Shown here piece by piece: positions 20,226 through 30,466 of a stretch of DNA of 55,345 bases (position 1 is the stretch's first letter; every line of letters starts with the position of its first letter). The notes beneath the pieces are model-generated. The model was not told the DNA's origin, searched no databases, and saw only the letters and a list, made by a program, of their open reading frames with translations. Origin of the DNA: a bacterium (GTDB lineage: Bacteria > Patescibacteriota > Minisyncoccia > Moranbacterales > UBA2206); the NCBI GenBank assembly GCA_021777675.1, contig JAJYDG010000002.1:1-55345 (forward strand), in the 5' to 3' direction. Made by a program: the position numbers and the translations under genes.

Positions 20226-22130
20226 TTATTCCGTTAGCATTTTTAGAATCTTATCCATTTCAATTGTTGCTCCGCCAATAACGCGATCGCCTCCTCCATA
20301 ATAAATATATAATTTCGCTCCCATTCTAACTGCTCCGCATGGGAACACCACGTTAGGAACAATTCCCTCTTTTTCATAAGCCATTTCCGGCTCTAAGATA
20401 GGATATTTTGTCCTTGCAATAACTTTTTCCGGATTATGCAATTCCAAAAGCGCCGCACCAATCCGATAGCTACTATTTTCTTCTGATACTCCGTGATAAA
20501 TCATTAACCAACCGACTTTTGTTTTCATTACAGTATTTAGACCTATTTTTTTATTGTCCCACATCCCTTTGCGCGGAAACATTATTGGATTTTGTTCCAA
20601 AAGTCTTCCTTCTTCAAAATTCAAATTATCAAAAAAATTAATATCAATAGATGGTTGAATGCGATGAAAAAAAACATACTTTCCCTTAATTTTTTCCGGC
20701 AAAACACAAGCATCTTTATCATCGATTCCCGGAGGAGAAATTAATTTTGGATTCGCCCAATTCCAATTTTTTCTAACTAAATCTCTTACTTTGATTGATG
20801 TCAAGGCCACACGTGGAGCGTTTTTAGCATCAACCGCCGTATAACACATAAAAATATCTTCCCCGATTTTAGTCATGCGCGGATCTTCACAACCGGAATT
20901 GCCTGGTTGCAATTTCATTTCAAATTTTTCTCGCGGAGCATAAACCGGCTCATCAGCTTTTCCGTCAATATTTTTTCCATCCTTAGTCCAAGCATAACCA
21001 ATGACAGAAGTATCATCTTTTGACATTGCCCGATAAAAAATATGCGTCAAGCCTTTTTCTCTGATAGCTGTCGGATTAAAAACCGCTTTGGCTTCCCAAG
21101 CATTTTCACTGATCGGCTCTAAAATAGGATTATTCTCAAACCGCTTGCAACTCAAATGCCCTTTTTTTTCTTCTAATATTTCTTTAATCAGAGCTTCTAA
21201 ATCGCAATCAGCAACACAACAAGTTGTATCTGCCGCTCCATAATAAATAACCAGTTTTTTATTTTTAATTAATGCTCCGGAAGGAAAAATAATATTTGGC
21301 ACTTTTCCATATAACTCATATTCCTCCTCGGGAACCATTAAAGGCAAATCGGTTCTGCCTAATATTTTTTGCGGATTTTTCAAATCCAAAAGTGCCGCTT
21401 CTATTCCAAATATTTTTTGCGTTCCCAAATAATTGCGTATATATGAATAAATTAAAAGCCAGCCTTTTTTGGTTTTAAGCGGAGGAGCACCAAGCTCAAC
21501 TTGATCATTGCTATTTCGTTGTAAAGGAATAGCATGTTCGTCTAAGGTTGAATACCAATTCTTCCAATAGCTTTCCGACCATAAATCTTCCTCGCAATCA
21601 AAATCAGCTATGGCAATTTTTGCTGGAGGAATATCTGTATTTGCTGTAAGCACAGCATAAATTCTTCCGTTTATTTTTTCCGGAAAAAGAGCCATTGCTT
21701 TGGCATTAAAAGGTGTTATACGATGTTTTTTTTCTATTTTTTTTAAATCCTTGGTTATTGCCAACCCAACATTGATACATTTGGCTGAAAAAGGAAAATC
21801 AGAAAGTGCCGTATAAAAAATATAATATTTATTTTCCAATTTTGTAATCCGTGGATCCTCGCAACCAAACTGCTCCCATGAAAATTCCGGAAAAATAAAT
21901 TGGTGATGCTCACCGAAATGTATTCCATCTTTGCTTGTCGCTTGCCCAATAGAAGAAACTTCCATCACTACACCATTATGCAAAATAGGCGAAGATTGAG
22001 CGCGATAAAAAATATGCACTTTATCTTTGCTTTTTATTGGACAACCATTAAAAGCGCCCTGCGCTTCCCAAGAATTACGACTTTCTCCAACTAAAATAGG
22101 ATTTTCCCTATCCCGATAAACTGTAACCAT
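20226..22130 (-). CDS. Tandem two-domain GH130-like glycoside phosphorylase/hydrolase
   Basis: Two repeats each with NPIL..WE...FN, GCEDPR, L(F)PEKI.G, VPN..FP.GA, YYG..D. Confidence 0.88.
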   Translation of the reverse strand: MVTVYRDRENPILVGESRNSWEAQGAFNGCPIKSKDKVHIFYRAQSSPILHNGVVMEVSSIGQATSKDGIHFGEHHQFIFPEFSWEQFGCEDPRITKLENKYYIFYTALSDFPFSAKCINVGLAITKDLKKIEKKHRITPFNAKAMALFPEKINGRIYAVLTANTDIPPAKIAIADFDCEEDLWSESYWKNWYSTLDEHAIPLQRNSNDQVELGAPPLKTKKGWLLIYSYIRNYLGTQKIFGIEAALLDLKNPQKILGRTDLPLMVPEEEYELYGKVPNIIFPSGALIKNKKLVIYYGAADTTCCVADCDLEALIKEILEEKKGHLSCKRFENNPILEPISENAWEAKAVFNPTAIREKGLTHIFYRAMSKDDTSVIGYAWTKDGKNIDGKADEPVYAPREKFEMKLQPGNSGCEDPRMTKIGEDIFMCYTAVDAKNAPRVALTSIKVRDLVRKNWNWANPKLISPPGIDDKDACVLPEKIKGKYVFFHRIQPSIDINFFDNLNFEEGRLLEQNPIMFPRKGMWDNKKIGLNTVMKTKVGWLMIYHGVSEENSSYRIGAALLELHNPEKVIARTKYPILEPEMAYEKEGIVPNVVFPCGAVRMGAKLYIYYGGGDRVIGGATIEMDKILKMLTE

Positions 22131-22150
22131 AAAAAAAATATTAAAAAAAA

Positions 22151-23992
22151 TTAGGCAATCGCTATTTTTCTAAATGAAGTGACTGCAGATGAATTAATTA
22201 ACGCTGCCAAAAAATCTTTTATTGGAGTTGTTGCAACACAAGTAAATCTATCGGCGCCACCATAATACACAAAAAGCTTTTCATCCTTAACCACGGAACC
22301 GCAAACATATACCACACCAGCTTTTGATCCTTCGTTTTCGTATTTTTCAATTGGTTCCAAAATCGGCTCGAAAGAACGATATAGAACTTCTTCCGGATTT
22401 TTATAATCCAATAACATTGCGCCGACTTTGTATTTATTCGGATCACGCTTATCCATAGCATGATAAAGCACTAACCAGCCATGTTCTGTTTTAATTGGTG
22501 GCGAACCGACTCCGCGCAAAATATTATCCCAACGAGTTTCATCCGATTTATTATTGTGGTAACTTTCTATTACTATTTTTTCCGAATCAAGAGAATTGAA
22601 ATAATCAATAGAGATTTTCGGAGAAATGCTGTGCAAAATAGCAAATTTTCCATTTATTTTTTCCGGAAAAAGCACCCAATTCTTTTGAATTTCACCAGGC
22701 CTGGAAATTAGTTTGGGAATTTTCCAATTCCAATTCTTGCTTAAAAAATCTTCAATCGATATGGAAGTCAACGCCACTCCTGGCGGATTATAACCATTAA
22801 AAGCAACATATGTCATGTAAATCATATCGCCAATAACAGAAATTCGCGGATCTTCACATCCGCTCCAGCTACCTCCGGACATATATGAATAAGCAAAATT
22901 TTTAGTACTATTTTTTCCGGCATACTCAAATATTTGCGACGGAAGATAAACTGGCGTATCTAACCTCTCGTCAATATTAATTCCATCACTACTTGACGCA
23001 TAGCCCAAAACAGAAATACCGGATTCTCCGAGTGCACGATAAAGCAAATGCACTTTTCCATTCAGATTTACCGCTGCCGGATTAAATGTTTCTCTGGATT
23101 CCCATTTATTTTCACTGCGTGGAATAAGTACAGGATTATTTTTCGCTTTTTTTAATTTTAATTTTGAAATATTGGCTATTTCTCGATGAACATCTTTTTT
23201 ATGGACCGGAAATCGCGCCAAAGAAATAGGCATAACATGCAACTCATCGGCATAATCCCAATATGATAGAATTTCATTATTCTTAAAAACCGACCCAATA
23301 AACCGCACTGCACGCCCATTCCATTCTTTTGGCTGTTGCCAAAGAGAAACGCTTGAACGCCATAAAATTCTTTGATAATCATTTTTATCAAGGAGCACCG
23401 CTCCCACTCCCCATTGTTTAATTTTGTTTTGCGCCGAATATACAAGAATAATTCCCTCCTTTGTCCAAAAAGCATTGTCTGCTGAAAGACGATATCCGTC
23501 AAAATAACCATCGCGCGGACGCAAAAGCGAGCCCCGTTTAACATGCCATTTTTTCAAATCAGAAGAAGTGGCAATTTGAACAGAATTTTTTCCAAAAAAC
23601 ATTAGATATTTCTCAGCCAAATGATCAAAAATAATTACAGCTCCATAATCTTTAATTCCCTCAACCGGACCAATTTTTTCCCAAATAATGCCGTCAGCGG
23701 ATACTGCAACCATTAGCTGTTTTTCGTTTTCATTTACTTTTTGTTTATAAAAAAGTACGTATTGCTCATTTAATTTTGAGATCTTGAAATCATCATCGAT
23801 TTTTAACTTATTTTTTATACCTAAGAATTTTTTAAAAAATATTTTTTGGGGCAATCGCTCAAAATGCAATCCATCATCTCCAATTAAGATTTGCACGGGT
23901 TGATTATCGCCGAATTTTTCTTTGCAAAAAAGAAAAACTTTTTTTCCTATCCGGGAAACAGCCAAGCCAAAAAAATTTTTATCGCTAGCCAT
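22151..23992 (-). CDS. GH130-like protein with degenerate N-terminal propeller and intact C-terminal domain
   Basis: C-terminal TFNPAA, GCEDPRI, KNWVLFPEKING, LYHA, YYGGAD; likely ATG at 23992 (MASDK). Confidence 0.85.
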   Translation of the reverse strand: MASDKNFFGLAVSRIGKKVFLFCKEKFGDNQPVQILIGDDGLHFERLPQKIFFKKFLGIKNKLKIDDDFKISKLNEQYVLFYKQKVNENEKQLMVAVSADGIIWEKIGPVEGIKDYGAVIIFDHLAEKYLMFFGKNSVQIATSSDLKKWHVKRGSLLRPRDGYFDGYRLSADNAFWTKEGIILVYSAQNKIKQWGVGAVLLDKNDYQRILWRSSVSLWQQPKEWNGRAVRFIGSVFKNNEILSYWDYADELHVMPISLARFPVHKKDVHREIANISKLKLKKAKNNPVLIPRSENKWESRETFNPAAVNLNGKVHLLYRALGESGISVLGYASSSDGINIDERLDTPVYLPSQIFEYAGKNSTKNFAYSYMSGGSWSGCEDPRISVIGDMIYMTYVAFNGYNPPGVALTSISIEDFLSKNWNWKIPKLISRPGEIQKNWVLFPEKINGKFAILHSISPKISIDYFNSLDSEKIVIESYHNNKSDETRWDNILRGVGSPPIKTEHGWLVLYHAMDKRDPNKYKVGAMLLDYKNPEEVLYRSFEPILEPIEKYENEGSKAGVVYVCGSVVKDEKLFVYYGGADRFTCVATTPIKDFLAALINSSAVTSFRKIAIA

Positions 23993-24062
23993 ATTTTTAT
24001 AATTTTTTATATTTGCATAATAACACAAAAAACGCTCAACCTCAAGCAACTGGTTTTACTTT

Positions 24063-25994
24063 TTATTTTCTAATATCTTCATGTGCGCTAGAGAAAGATT
24101 TTTTAAAGAGAACAACCCAAAAATAATTTATCGCATATAGCCACCCGGTAGCGAATAATCCTTTTTCGGATAAACGCCTTCCTGAAGAATATATCGGCAA
24201 TTTAAGGGTAAACTTTACTTGGCCAACCGCCCTTATTCTTTTGGCAATATCGGCATCTTCGCCATAGAATTCAAATTGCGGATTGAAGCCACCAATTTTT
24301 TCCATTGCCGTCCGTCTAACAATGAAATTACCCCCCTGCAAAACCGACCCATTTTTAAAAATATATTGGTTGATTAGATGAAAAAAATGTCCAACCACAT
24401 ACCATAGATAAACAAAAAACCTGGCTGTTTTTGACAGATCATAATAAATGAACGGCCCACTCAAGGCAACCAATTTTGAATTGGCGGAAAATTCCGCAAA
24501 TACTTTATTTAACCAACCATCGCAAAGTCTTGTATCAGCATCCAGATTAGCAACTAAATCTCCAGAGCTAGCCAGATATCCTGCGCATCGTGCCACTACC
24601 AGACCTTTTTTCGGCTCATCCACAATAATTGCATGGGGAAAAGATTTGGCGACTTCGCGCGTTCGATCAGTGCTGGCATTATTCACCACAATCACTTCGG
24701 CATTGATTTTCTCCTTTTCCAATTCTTGAAAAATGGATCTTAAACAGTCGCCAAGATAATCCTCTTCGTTATAAGCCGGAATAACAAAACTTAGTTTTAA
24801 TTTGGAAAATTTTTTTCGAAGCTCTTTTTGAAAAAGATTTTCCCAATGATTAGCAACTATTTCAACGGAAAAATTTTTCGCATTTTCAATGCCACCCTGT
24901 CCCAATTCAAATCTTTTTTTATCATCTTCAAAAAGTTCAATTATTCTTTGAGCTAAAGCGTTAGTATCTCCCGGTTCAATAATATAGCCATTGCGCTCAT
25001 TGATATATTCCGGCAAGCCCCAAGCATTAGCTCCAATCACCGGAATACCCGCCGCCATAGCTTGCAACATGCTGATACATTGCGTTTCAGCCGTACTCAT
25101 CACTGTAAAAATATCAGCGGCAGAATAGAGCTCACTAAAAACATCCATTTCAACATAACCGAAAAAAATAACATTTTTTTCAAGTCCCAATTCCTTGGTT
25201 AATTTTTCCAATTCTTCCTTGGCACTCCCATGTCCTGTTACGACAAAAGTAATATCTGTAAATTTTTCTTTAACCAAAGCTACAGCACGAATAATCACAT
25301 CAATATTTTTTTCTTGCGCCAAACGACCGGCATAAAAAATCACTTTGTTTGAAAAACCAAATTTTTTCTTTAACTGTTTTTTAGTATCTGCAAAAACAGG
25401 CTTGAAACCAAAAAGATTAATCGGATTAGAAACAACCTGACTATTTTTTTTCAAACCGTTTTTTTTCATTTCATCTAAAATCAATTGAGAAGGAGCGCTA
25501 ACCCAAAGACATTTATTATAATACCAACTAACATAGCTGAGCGCGAATTGATTAATCCATTCAGCACGAATTGGGGCATACTTTAAAAACTCGGTAATCG
25601 GCGTATGATTCGTTCCAATAAGCGGAACTTTCAATATGCGAGAAAGCATCAACGCTTCAAGACCGGCGCTAAAAAAATCTTGCGTATAAATAATATCCGG
25701 ATTAAATTTTTTAATATGCCAAAAACTGGATAATACTGGAAAAACAAACCGACCTTGTTTGGTCGGTGCCATCGGATAAGACATGGAGACTAAACGAAAA
25801 ATTTCAATATTATCGTGTAGTTTTATTTCTTTCGGATCAAGTTTTGCCGTAATAAAATTATTTTTTGTGTAATACGGTACATAAAAATTTATCTTATGCC
25901 CTCTTTTTGCCAATTCATTAGCAAGCGAAATAATCGAATCAGAAATTCCGCTTATTTCCGGATAAAAATTGTCTGAAAAAATGGCAATTCGCAT
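24063..25994 (-). CDS. GT4 + GT2 fusion glycosyltransferase
   Basis: N-terminal MRIAIFSDNFYP..SG, GRLAQEKN, ETQCISMLQAMA; C-terminal FVIPAYNEE, NNASTD, LDAD, YGED. Confidence 0.92.
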   Translation of the reverse strand: MRIAIFSDNFYPEISGISDSIISLANELAKRGHKINFYVPYYTKNNFITAKLDPKEIKLHDNIEIFRLVSMSYPMAPTKQGRFVFPVLSSFWHIKKFNPDIIYTQDFFSAGLEALMLSRILKVPLIGTNHTPITEFLKYAPIRAEWINQFALSYVSWYYNKCLWVSAPSQLILDEMKKNGLKKNSQVVSNPINLFGFKPVFADTKKQLKKKFGFSNKVIFYAGRLAQEKNIDVIIRAVALVKEKFTDITFVVTGHGSAKEELEKLTKELGLEKNVIFFGYVEMDVFSELYSAADIFTVMSTAETQCISMLQAMAAGIPVIGANAWGLPEYINERNGYIIEPGDTNALAQRIIELFEDDKKRFELGQGGIENAKNFSVEIVANHWENLFQKELRKKFSKLKLSFVIPAYNEEDYLGDCLRSIFQELEKEKINAEVIVVNNASTDRTREVAKSFPHAIIVDEPKKGLVVARCAGYLASSGDLVANLDADTRLCDGWLNKVFAEFSANSKLVALSGPFIYYDLSKTARFFVYLWYVVGHFFHLINQYIFKNGSVLQGGNFIVRRTAMEKIGGFNPQFEFYGEDADIAKRIRAVGQVKFTLKLPIYSSGRRLSEKGLFATGWLYAINYFWVVLFKKSFSSAHEDIRK

Positions 25995-26037
25995 ATAAAT
26001 AAATTATCCCCATTAAAACCGCATTTTTCTCTTAGCT

Positions 26038-26652
26038 TTAATCCTCACTTTTATCATTTAATTTTCCCGCCAATATGGACATCATTTTGTTATAAAACAA
26101 AAACAACGCTAAAACAAACAATGCCGCCAACGGGAAAAAAATTACCGCATAATGTAAATAGGTATCTATATTATACATCTGACCAAAAAAATAGCCAATA
26201 CCAAAAAAAATAAGCGATTTGGGAATAGTAACTGCCGAGCACCAGCCAATAAATTTTCGAAAAGGCAATCGTAAATAGCCGACAGTTATAAAACCCAAAG
26301 TGGAAACAACCGGTGTTAATTTTAGCGCCAGCATTGTTTTTCCAAAATGGTTTCTGAATCCCTTTTCCATTTTTAATATGCGATATTTTGTTAATCCGAC
26401 ATATTCCCCTAAATTTTCAATAAAACGAAAACGACTAATATATCCTATGCCATAATAAATTGAATCCGGAACCAAATCACCCAAGACCGACAGCACTAAA
26501 ATAATTTCCGCATTAAAAAATCCCGCAGCGGAAAGAAATCCGGCAGCGGCAGTGGAAATGGGACCCTCTACGCAAAACAACAAAAAAACCACCCAATACC
26601 CATGAGAAGCTATCCACTCTGTAACTAAATTGAAGTTATTAAAATCCAGCAT
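26038..26652 (-). CDS. DedA/VTT family membrane protein
   Basis: VEGP....AGFL, LGD...YGIG, hydrophobic 204 aa. Confidence 0.82.
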   Translation of the reverse strand: MLDFNNFNLVTEWIASHGYWVVFLLFCVEGPISTAAAGFLSAAGFFNAEIILVLSVLGDLVPDSIYYGIGYISRFRFIENLGEYVGLTKYRILKMEKGFRNHFGKTMLALKLTPVVSTLGFITVGYLRLPFRKFIGWCSAVTIPKSLIFFGIGYFFGQMYNIDTYLHYAVIFFPLAALFVLALFLFYNKMMSILAGKLNDKSED

Positions 26653-26685
26653 AAATTAAATTTAATTGAAACTGCTATTGATTTT

Positions 26686-27378
26686 TTATTCCAATTCAAA
26701 AAATTTCAGCGCGTGTTTAACAATAATTTCAGGGTTATCATCAATAACATGATTGCCATTTTTAAAATAAGTAATTTCTTTTTTTTCACTGCCGACTCGC
26801 GGAACATACTCTTCCAGCGCCCTATAGTCTGCTACTCCGTCTTTTTTGCTATGCAAAAAAAGAATTGGCACAGTAACAATTCGCAAATTTTCTAAAAATT
26901 TTCCTTCCAAATATCCGATTATTTCTTTACTTGCCCCAATGGGGGAAAGCCGTAATTTTTGAATTTTTTGCAATGGCCTCCAAAACAAATAAATAAGCGG
27001 AAAAAACCATTGACCCAAAGAAATTAATTTTCTTTTTTTTAAACGAAAGGGCGTCCCAACACTTACAATTCCGTTTAAATTATCAAATTTTTTAGCATGC
27101 TCCATTAAAAACGCGCCTCCCAAACTAATACCAATACCAAACACTTGTTCATACTTGTCGGAAAGCCTGTTTATTGTTTCAGAAATATTATTCAAGCATT
27201 CTTCAGTAGTTAATGCGGAAAAATCATTAATTATTTTTTCACCGTAAAAATTAGAAGCAACAGCATCGTATCCGGATTTTTCCAATATTTTTTTTAACCC
27301 CAAGGCTTGCATATCGTCCGAAGAAAAGCCAGGCAAAAGTACAAAACAAATTTTACTTTTTGTTTTATTCATAAGCAT
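26686..27378 (-). CDS. Alpha/beta hydrolase (carboxylesterase/lipase-like)
   Basis: LLPGF oxyanion loop, GISLGG nucleophile elbow, HSKKDGV, GNHV. Confidence 0.88.
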   Translation of the reverse strand: MLMNKTKSKICFVLLPGFSSDDMQALGLKKILEKSGYDAVASNFYGEKIINDFSALTTEECLNNISETINRLSDKYEQVFGIGISLGGAFLMEHAKKFDNLNGIVSVGTPFRLKKRKLISLGQWFFPLIYLFWRPLQKIQKLRLSPIGASKEIIGYLEGKFLENLRIVTVPILFLHSKKDGVADYRALEEYVPRVGSEKKEITYFKNGNHVIDDNPEIIVKHALKFFELE

Positions 27379-28015
27379 TTTTTTTCATAAATAGTTGATA
27401 ATCTTTGGGGAAAAAATTCTGAGATATATGAAAAATGGTATAACTGATAAAAAAAGCGGCAAAAACATCAATCGAGTAGTGCAAATGTCCCAAAAGAACC
27501 ACTGATGCGAAAAAAATCGAAGCTAAAATGAAAAAAAATCTTAAATTTTTATCCTCCCAAAAAACCAATGCCATCATAAAGGGCAGTCCGCTATGTGAAG
27601 AAAAAAACATATCGTTGCCAAGCGTGGTGAAGCTAAAAATATCATTTGGATCAAGTGTAGAGTGTTTTGGTGGAATTCCTAAGTGCGTAAGCATAATAAA
27701 CACCGAGCGAATCAAAATAAACAAAGCAATGTTCTTTGCCAAAAAAGGAATTCGATGAGGCTCATTAAAAACTAAAAAAATAACAAACACCCACAAAAGG
27801 AAAAAGCCGTCATAAAAGAAAAATTCAACATTAACCACTGGAATATTATCTAAAATAATATCAGAAACATAATTCCCGGCATGATCCATTGTATACACAT
27901 TAGCAAAATAATTCACAACCAAACTAGCCAAAAGCAAGGCTACTCCCGCAATACTGCTATAGATAAAGCTTTTTTTCTTCCAGAAAAATTTATGCCGATT
28001 GAATATTTTTTTCAT
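27365..28015 (-). CDS. PAP2-superfamily membrane enzyme, sphingomyelin-synthase-like
   Basis: GNDMFFSSHSG and HLHYSIDVFAA motifs; six TMs. Confidence 0.78.
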   Translation of the reverse strand: MKKIFNRHKFFWKKKSFIYSSIAGVALLLASLVVNYFANVYTMDHAGNYVSDIILDNIPVVNVEFFFYDGFFLLWVFVIFLVFNEPHRIPFLAKNIALFILIRSVFIMLTHLGIPPKHSTLDPNDIFSFTTLGNDMFFSSHSGLPFMMALVFWEDKNLRFFFILASIFFASVVLLGHLHYSIDVFAAFFISYTIFHISQNFFPKDYQLFMKKNAYE

Positions 28016-28047
28016 TTTATTTTCCTATTTTTCGCATTTTTAATTTA

Positions 28048-28509
28048 TTAGTTTTGTGCTTGCGCTCCCTGTCTCGACTGAACAGACGGTCTGATTTGAA
28101 TATTTTGAGAAACAATACTTCCGTCGGGATTAGCTTTCCCATTCACCATGACAGTTTCTCCGGAGCTTAAATCAGAGACTGTTCCACTGATAGATTTTCC
28201 AATAATTGTCGCATCGGAATAATAAACAATTTTTGATCCGCCATCTTTGGTTTTTATGGTAATGCTTTTATCGTCCTTGGAAATTATATCGCCATTCGCA
28301 AAATCTCCATTGCTTACTCCGGTTAGCTGTCCCGCACCAGATCTTTTTTGCCCTCCAGCCGGACCAATATTCATCCCCCCTGCGCCTCTCTGCGTCAATC
28401 TTCCAGAAGAAGCTTTGGTTTCTCCATATTTCATTCCGAAATAAAACATTCCTCCTGCCATCAAAACAATAACGCCTGCCATTATTATAATATGATTTTT
28501 TTTATTCAT
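28048..28509 (-). CDS. Membrane-anchored OB-fold (DUF5666-like) protein
   Basis: TM, Gly-rich linker, GDIISKDDKSITIK...DL..GETVMVNG. Confidence 0.7.
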   Translation of the reverse strand: MNKKNHIIIMAGVIVLMAGGMFYFGMKYGETKASSGRLTQRGAGGMNIGPAGGQKRSGAGQLTGVSNGDFANGDIISKDDKSITIKTKDGGSKIVYYSDATIIGKSISGTVSDLSSGETVMVNGKANPDGSIVSQNIQIRPSVQSRQGAQAQN

Positions 28510-28544
28510 CGTTTTTAAATATTAAAAATTAATTTCACGACTTA

Positions 28545-29759
28545 TCATTCATAACGCAATGCTTCAATCGGACTAAGGCCTGCCGCGCGACGCGCCGGAT
28601 AAAAACCAAAAACAATACCCACACCGGCAGAAACACCAAATGCCAAAAGAATTGAAGTTGGAGAAATCAACGTTGTAATGCCCGCGAATTTTGACACTAA
28701 TAACGAGGCAATCCAGCCCAAAACAATACCCACAAACCCCCCAAAAAAAGTAAGCACTACGGCTTCGGATAGAAATTGCAAATTAATATAAATCCTGCGC
28801 ACTCCAATCGCTTTTCTAAGCCCAATTTCACGAGTTCTCTCCGTTACAGTCGTAAGCATCATATTCATAATGCCGATTCCTCCCACCAAAAGAGAAATGC
28901 CTGCGATTGAAGAAAGTAAGATTGTAAAAGTTCCGGTAATTGAAGATGCAGTTGCTATAATATCATTCTGATTCATAATAGAAAAATCAGCTAATGTTGG
29001 ATCGGATATTCCATGTCTTGTAAGTAAGATATTGGTAATTTGATCTTGAACAGCTGCCATTGCTTCCTGACTATCCGCTGCAATGCTAATCATTGAAACA
29101 ATATCGCTACCCGATAAATAATGTTGAGCCGCTGTTAAAGGAACATATATGTTGTCATCCGGATTGTTAAAGCCAGAACCACCTTTAGCCTCCGCCACTC
29201 CAATTATTTCAAAATCAACATTTTTAATACGAATGGTTTGACCAATTGGATCCATATCGGTTCCAAATAAATCTTCTTTCGCCGTTGCCCCTAAAACAGC
29301 TACTTTGGCGGAACTTTTTTGTTGTTGATCCGTAAAAAAAGATCCGGATGCAATCTTGACATTATGCGCAATCAAATAATCCGCTATTGTTCCAACCACA
29401 TCGGTGTTCGTGTTATTGCTTTTAGCCGCTATTTGATAGCGCCTGGAAATTTCAGGCGCTACCGCTTTAATGCTTTGCGCCTGACTCTTGATTGCATTAG
29501 CGTCTTCAATTGTCATTGTTTGCGCACTCCCAAATCCAGCGCTTACCCCGGCGCTTCTTTGCGCTCCGGGACGAACAATAATCAAATTCGATCCGATTGA
29601 TTCAATGTTGGCGGCAATAGAACTTTGCGCGCCTTGACCGATTGAAACCATTGTAATCACAGAGGCGATCCCAATCACAATTCCCAAAATAGTTAATCCG
29701 GAACGAACTTTATTTCCCGTTAATGACCAAATTGTTTCTTTTAACAAATCTTTAAGCAT
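28545..29759 (-). CDS. MacB/FtsX-family ABC permease
   Basis: NKVRSGLTILGIVIGIASV, LLVGGIGIMNMML.TVTERTREIGLRKAIG, PIEALRYE. Confidence 0.95.
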   Translation of the reverse strand: MLKDLLKETIWSLTGNKVRSGLTILGIVIGIASVITMVSIGQGAQSSIAANIESIGSNLIIVRPGAQRSAGVSAGFGSAQTMTIEDANAIKSQAQSIKAVAPEISRRYQIAAKSNNTNTDVVGTIADYLIAHNVKIASGSFFTDQQQKSSAKVAVLGATAKEDLFGTDMDPIGQTIRIKNVDFEIIGVAEAKGGSGFNNPDDNIYVPLTAAQHYLSGSDIVSMISIAADSQEAMAAVQDQITNILLTRHGISDPTLADFSIMNQNDIIATASSITGTFTILLSSIAGISLLVGGIGIMNMMLTTVTERTREIGLRKAIGVRRIYINLQFLSEAVVLTFFGGFVGIVLGWIASLLVSKFAGITTLISPTSILLAFGVSAGVGIVFGFYPARRAAGLSPIEALRYE

Positions 29760-30444
29760 ATTTTTTGTTAATTACATCTTTTTCAATTAATCCGTCGCGT
29801 ACTGAAATAATCCTCCTAGCATATTGTGCCACCTCCATTTCATGCGTGATTAAAATAATCGTATGCCCTTTTTTATGCAATTGCTGAAAAGCTTCCATCA
29901 CCACTTCACTGGTTCGCGTATCAAGATTTCCTGTCGGCTCGTCTGCTAAAAGTATTGCCGGATTATTTATCAGTGAACGGGCGATTGCTACTCTCTGCAT
30001 TTGTCCTCCTGATAATTGATTGGAAAGATTGTGAAATTTGCTTTCTTCCATTCCGGCATATTTCAATGCTTCTCTTGCTCTCGCCTCCCTCTCTTCCTGT
30101 GTCGTTTCAGTGAATAATAATGGCAACATCACATTGCGCAAAACAGTTGCCCTAGGCAATAAATTGAACGCTTGAAAAACAAAACCGATTTTACTCCTAC
30201 GCAAATCAGATAACTGATCATCATTTAATTTGGAAACTTCCGCTCCGTCTAGGAAATATTCCCCTTCAGTTGGAACATCTAATGCTCCAAGAATATGCAT
30301 CAACGTTGATTTTCCTGATCCAGAGGGTCCAATAATAGAAACGAAATCACCTTTTTCAACCCCGAAAGATACGCCTTTTAATGCTACTGTTTCCACGTCA
30401 CCGTTCACATAAACTTTTCTTAAATTTTTGCAGTCAATCATCAT
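29752..30444 (-). CDS. MacB/LolD-type ABC ATP-binding protein
   Basis: GPSGSGKST, LSGGQMQRVAIAR, LADEPTGNLD. Confidence 0.96.
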   Translation of the reverse strand: MMIDCKNLRKVYVNGDVETVALKGVSFGVEKGDFVSIIGPSGSGKSTLMHILGALDVPTEGEYFLDGAEVSKLNDDQLSDLRRSKIGFVFQAFNLLPRATVLRNVMLPLLFTETTQEEREARAREALKYAGMEESKFHNLSNQLSGGQMQRVAIARSLINNPAILLADEPTGNLDTRTSEVVMEAFQQLHKKGHTIILITHEMEVAQYARRIISVRDGLIEKDVINKKYA

Positions 30445-30466
30445 ATATTTTTAGCTATTATTCTCT

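Noticed and set aside
1438..24045. 12-mer GCTCAACCTCAA shared by two intergenic regions (1438-1449 and 24034-24045)
   Set aside because: A single 12-bp match is expected by chance in 55 kb and there is no flanking similarity
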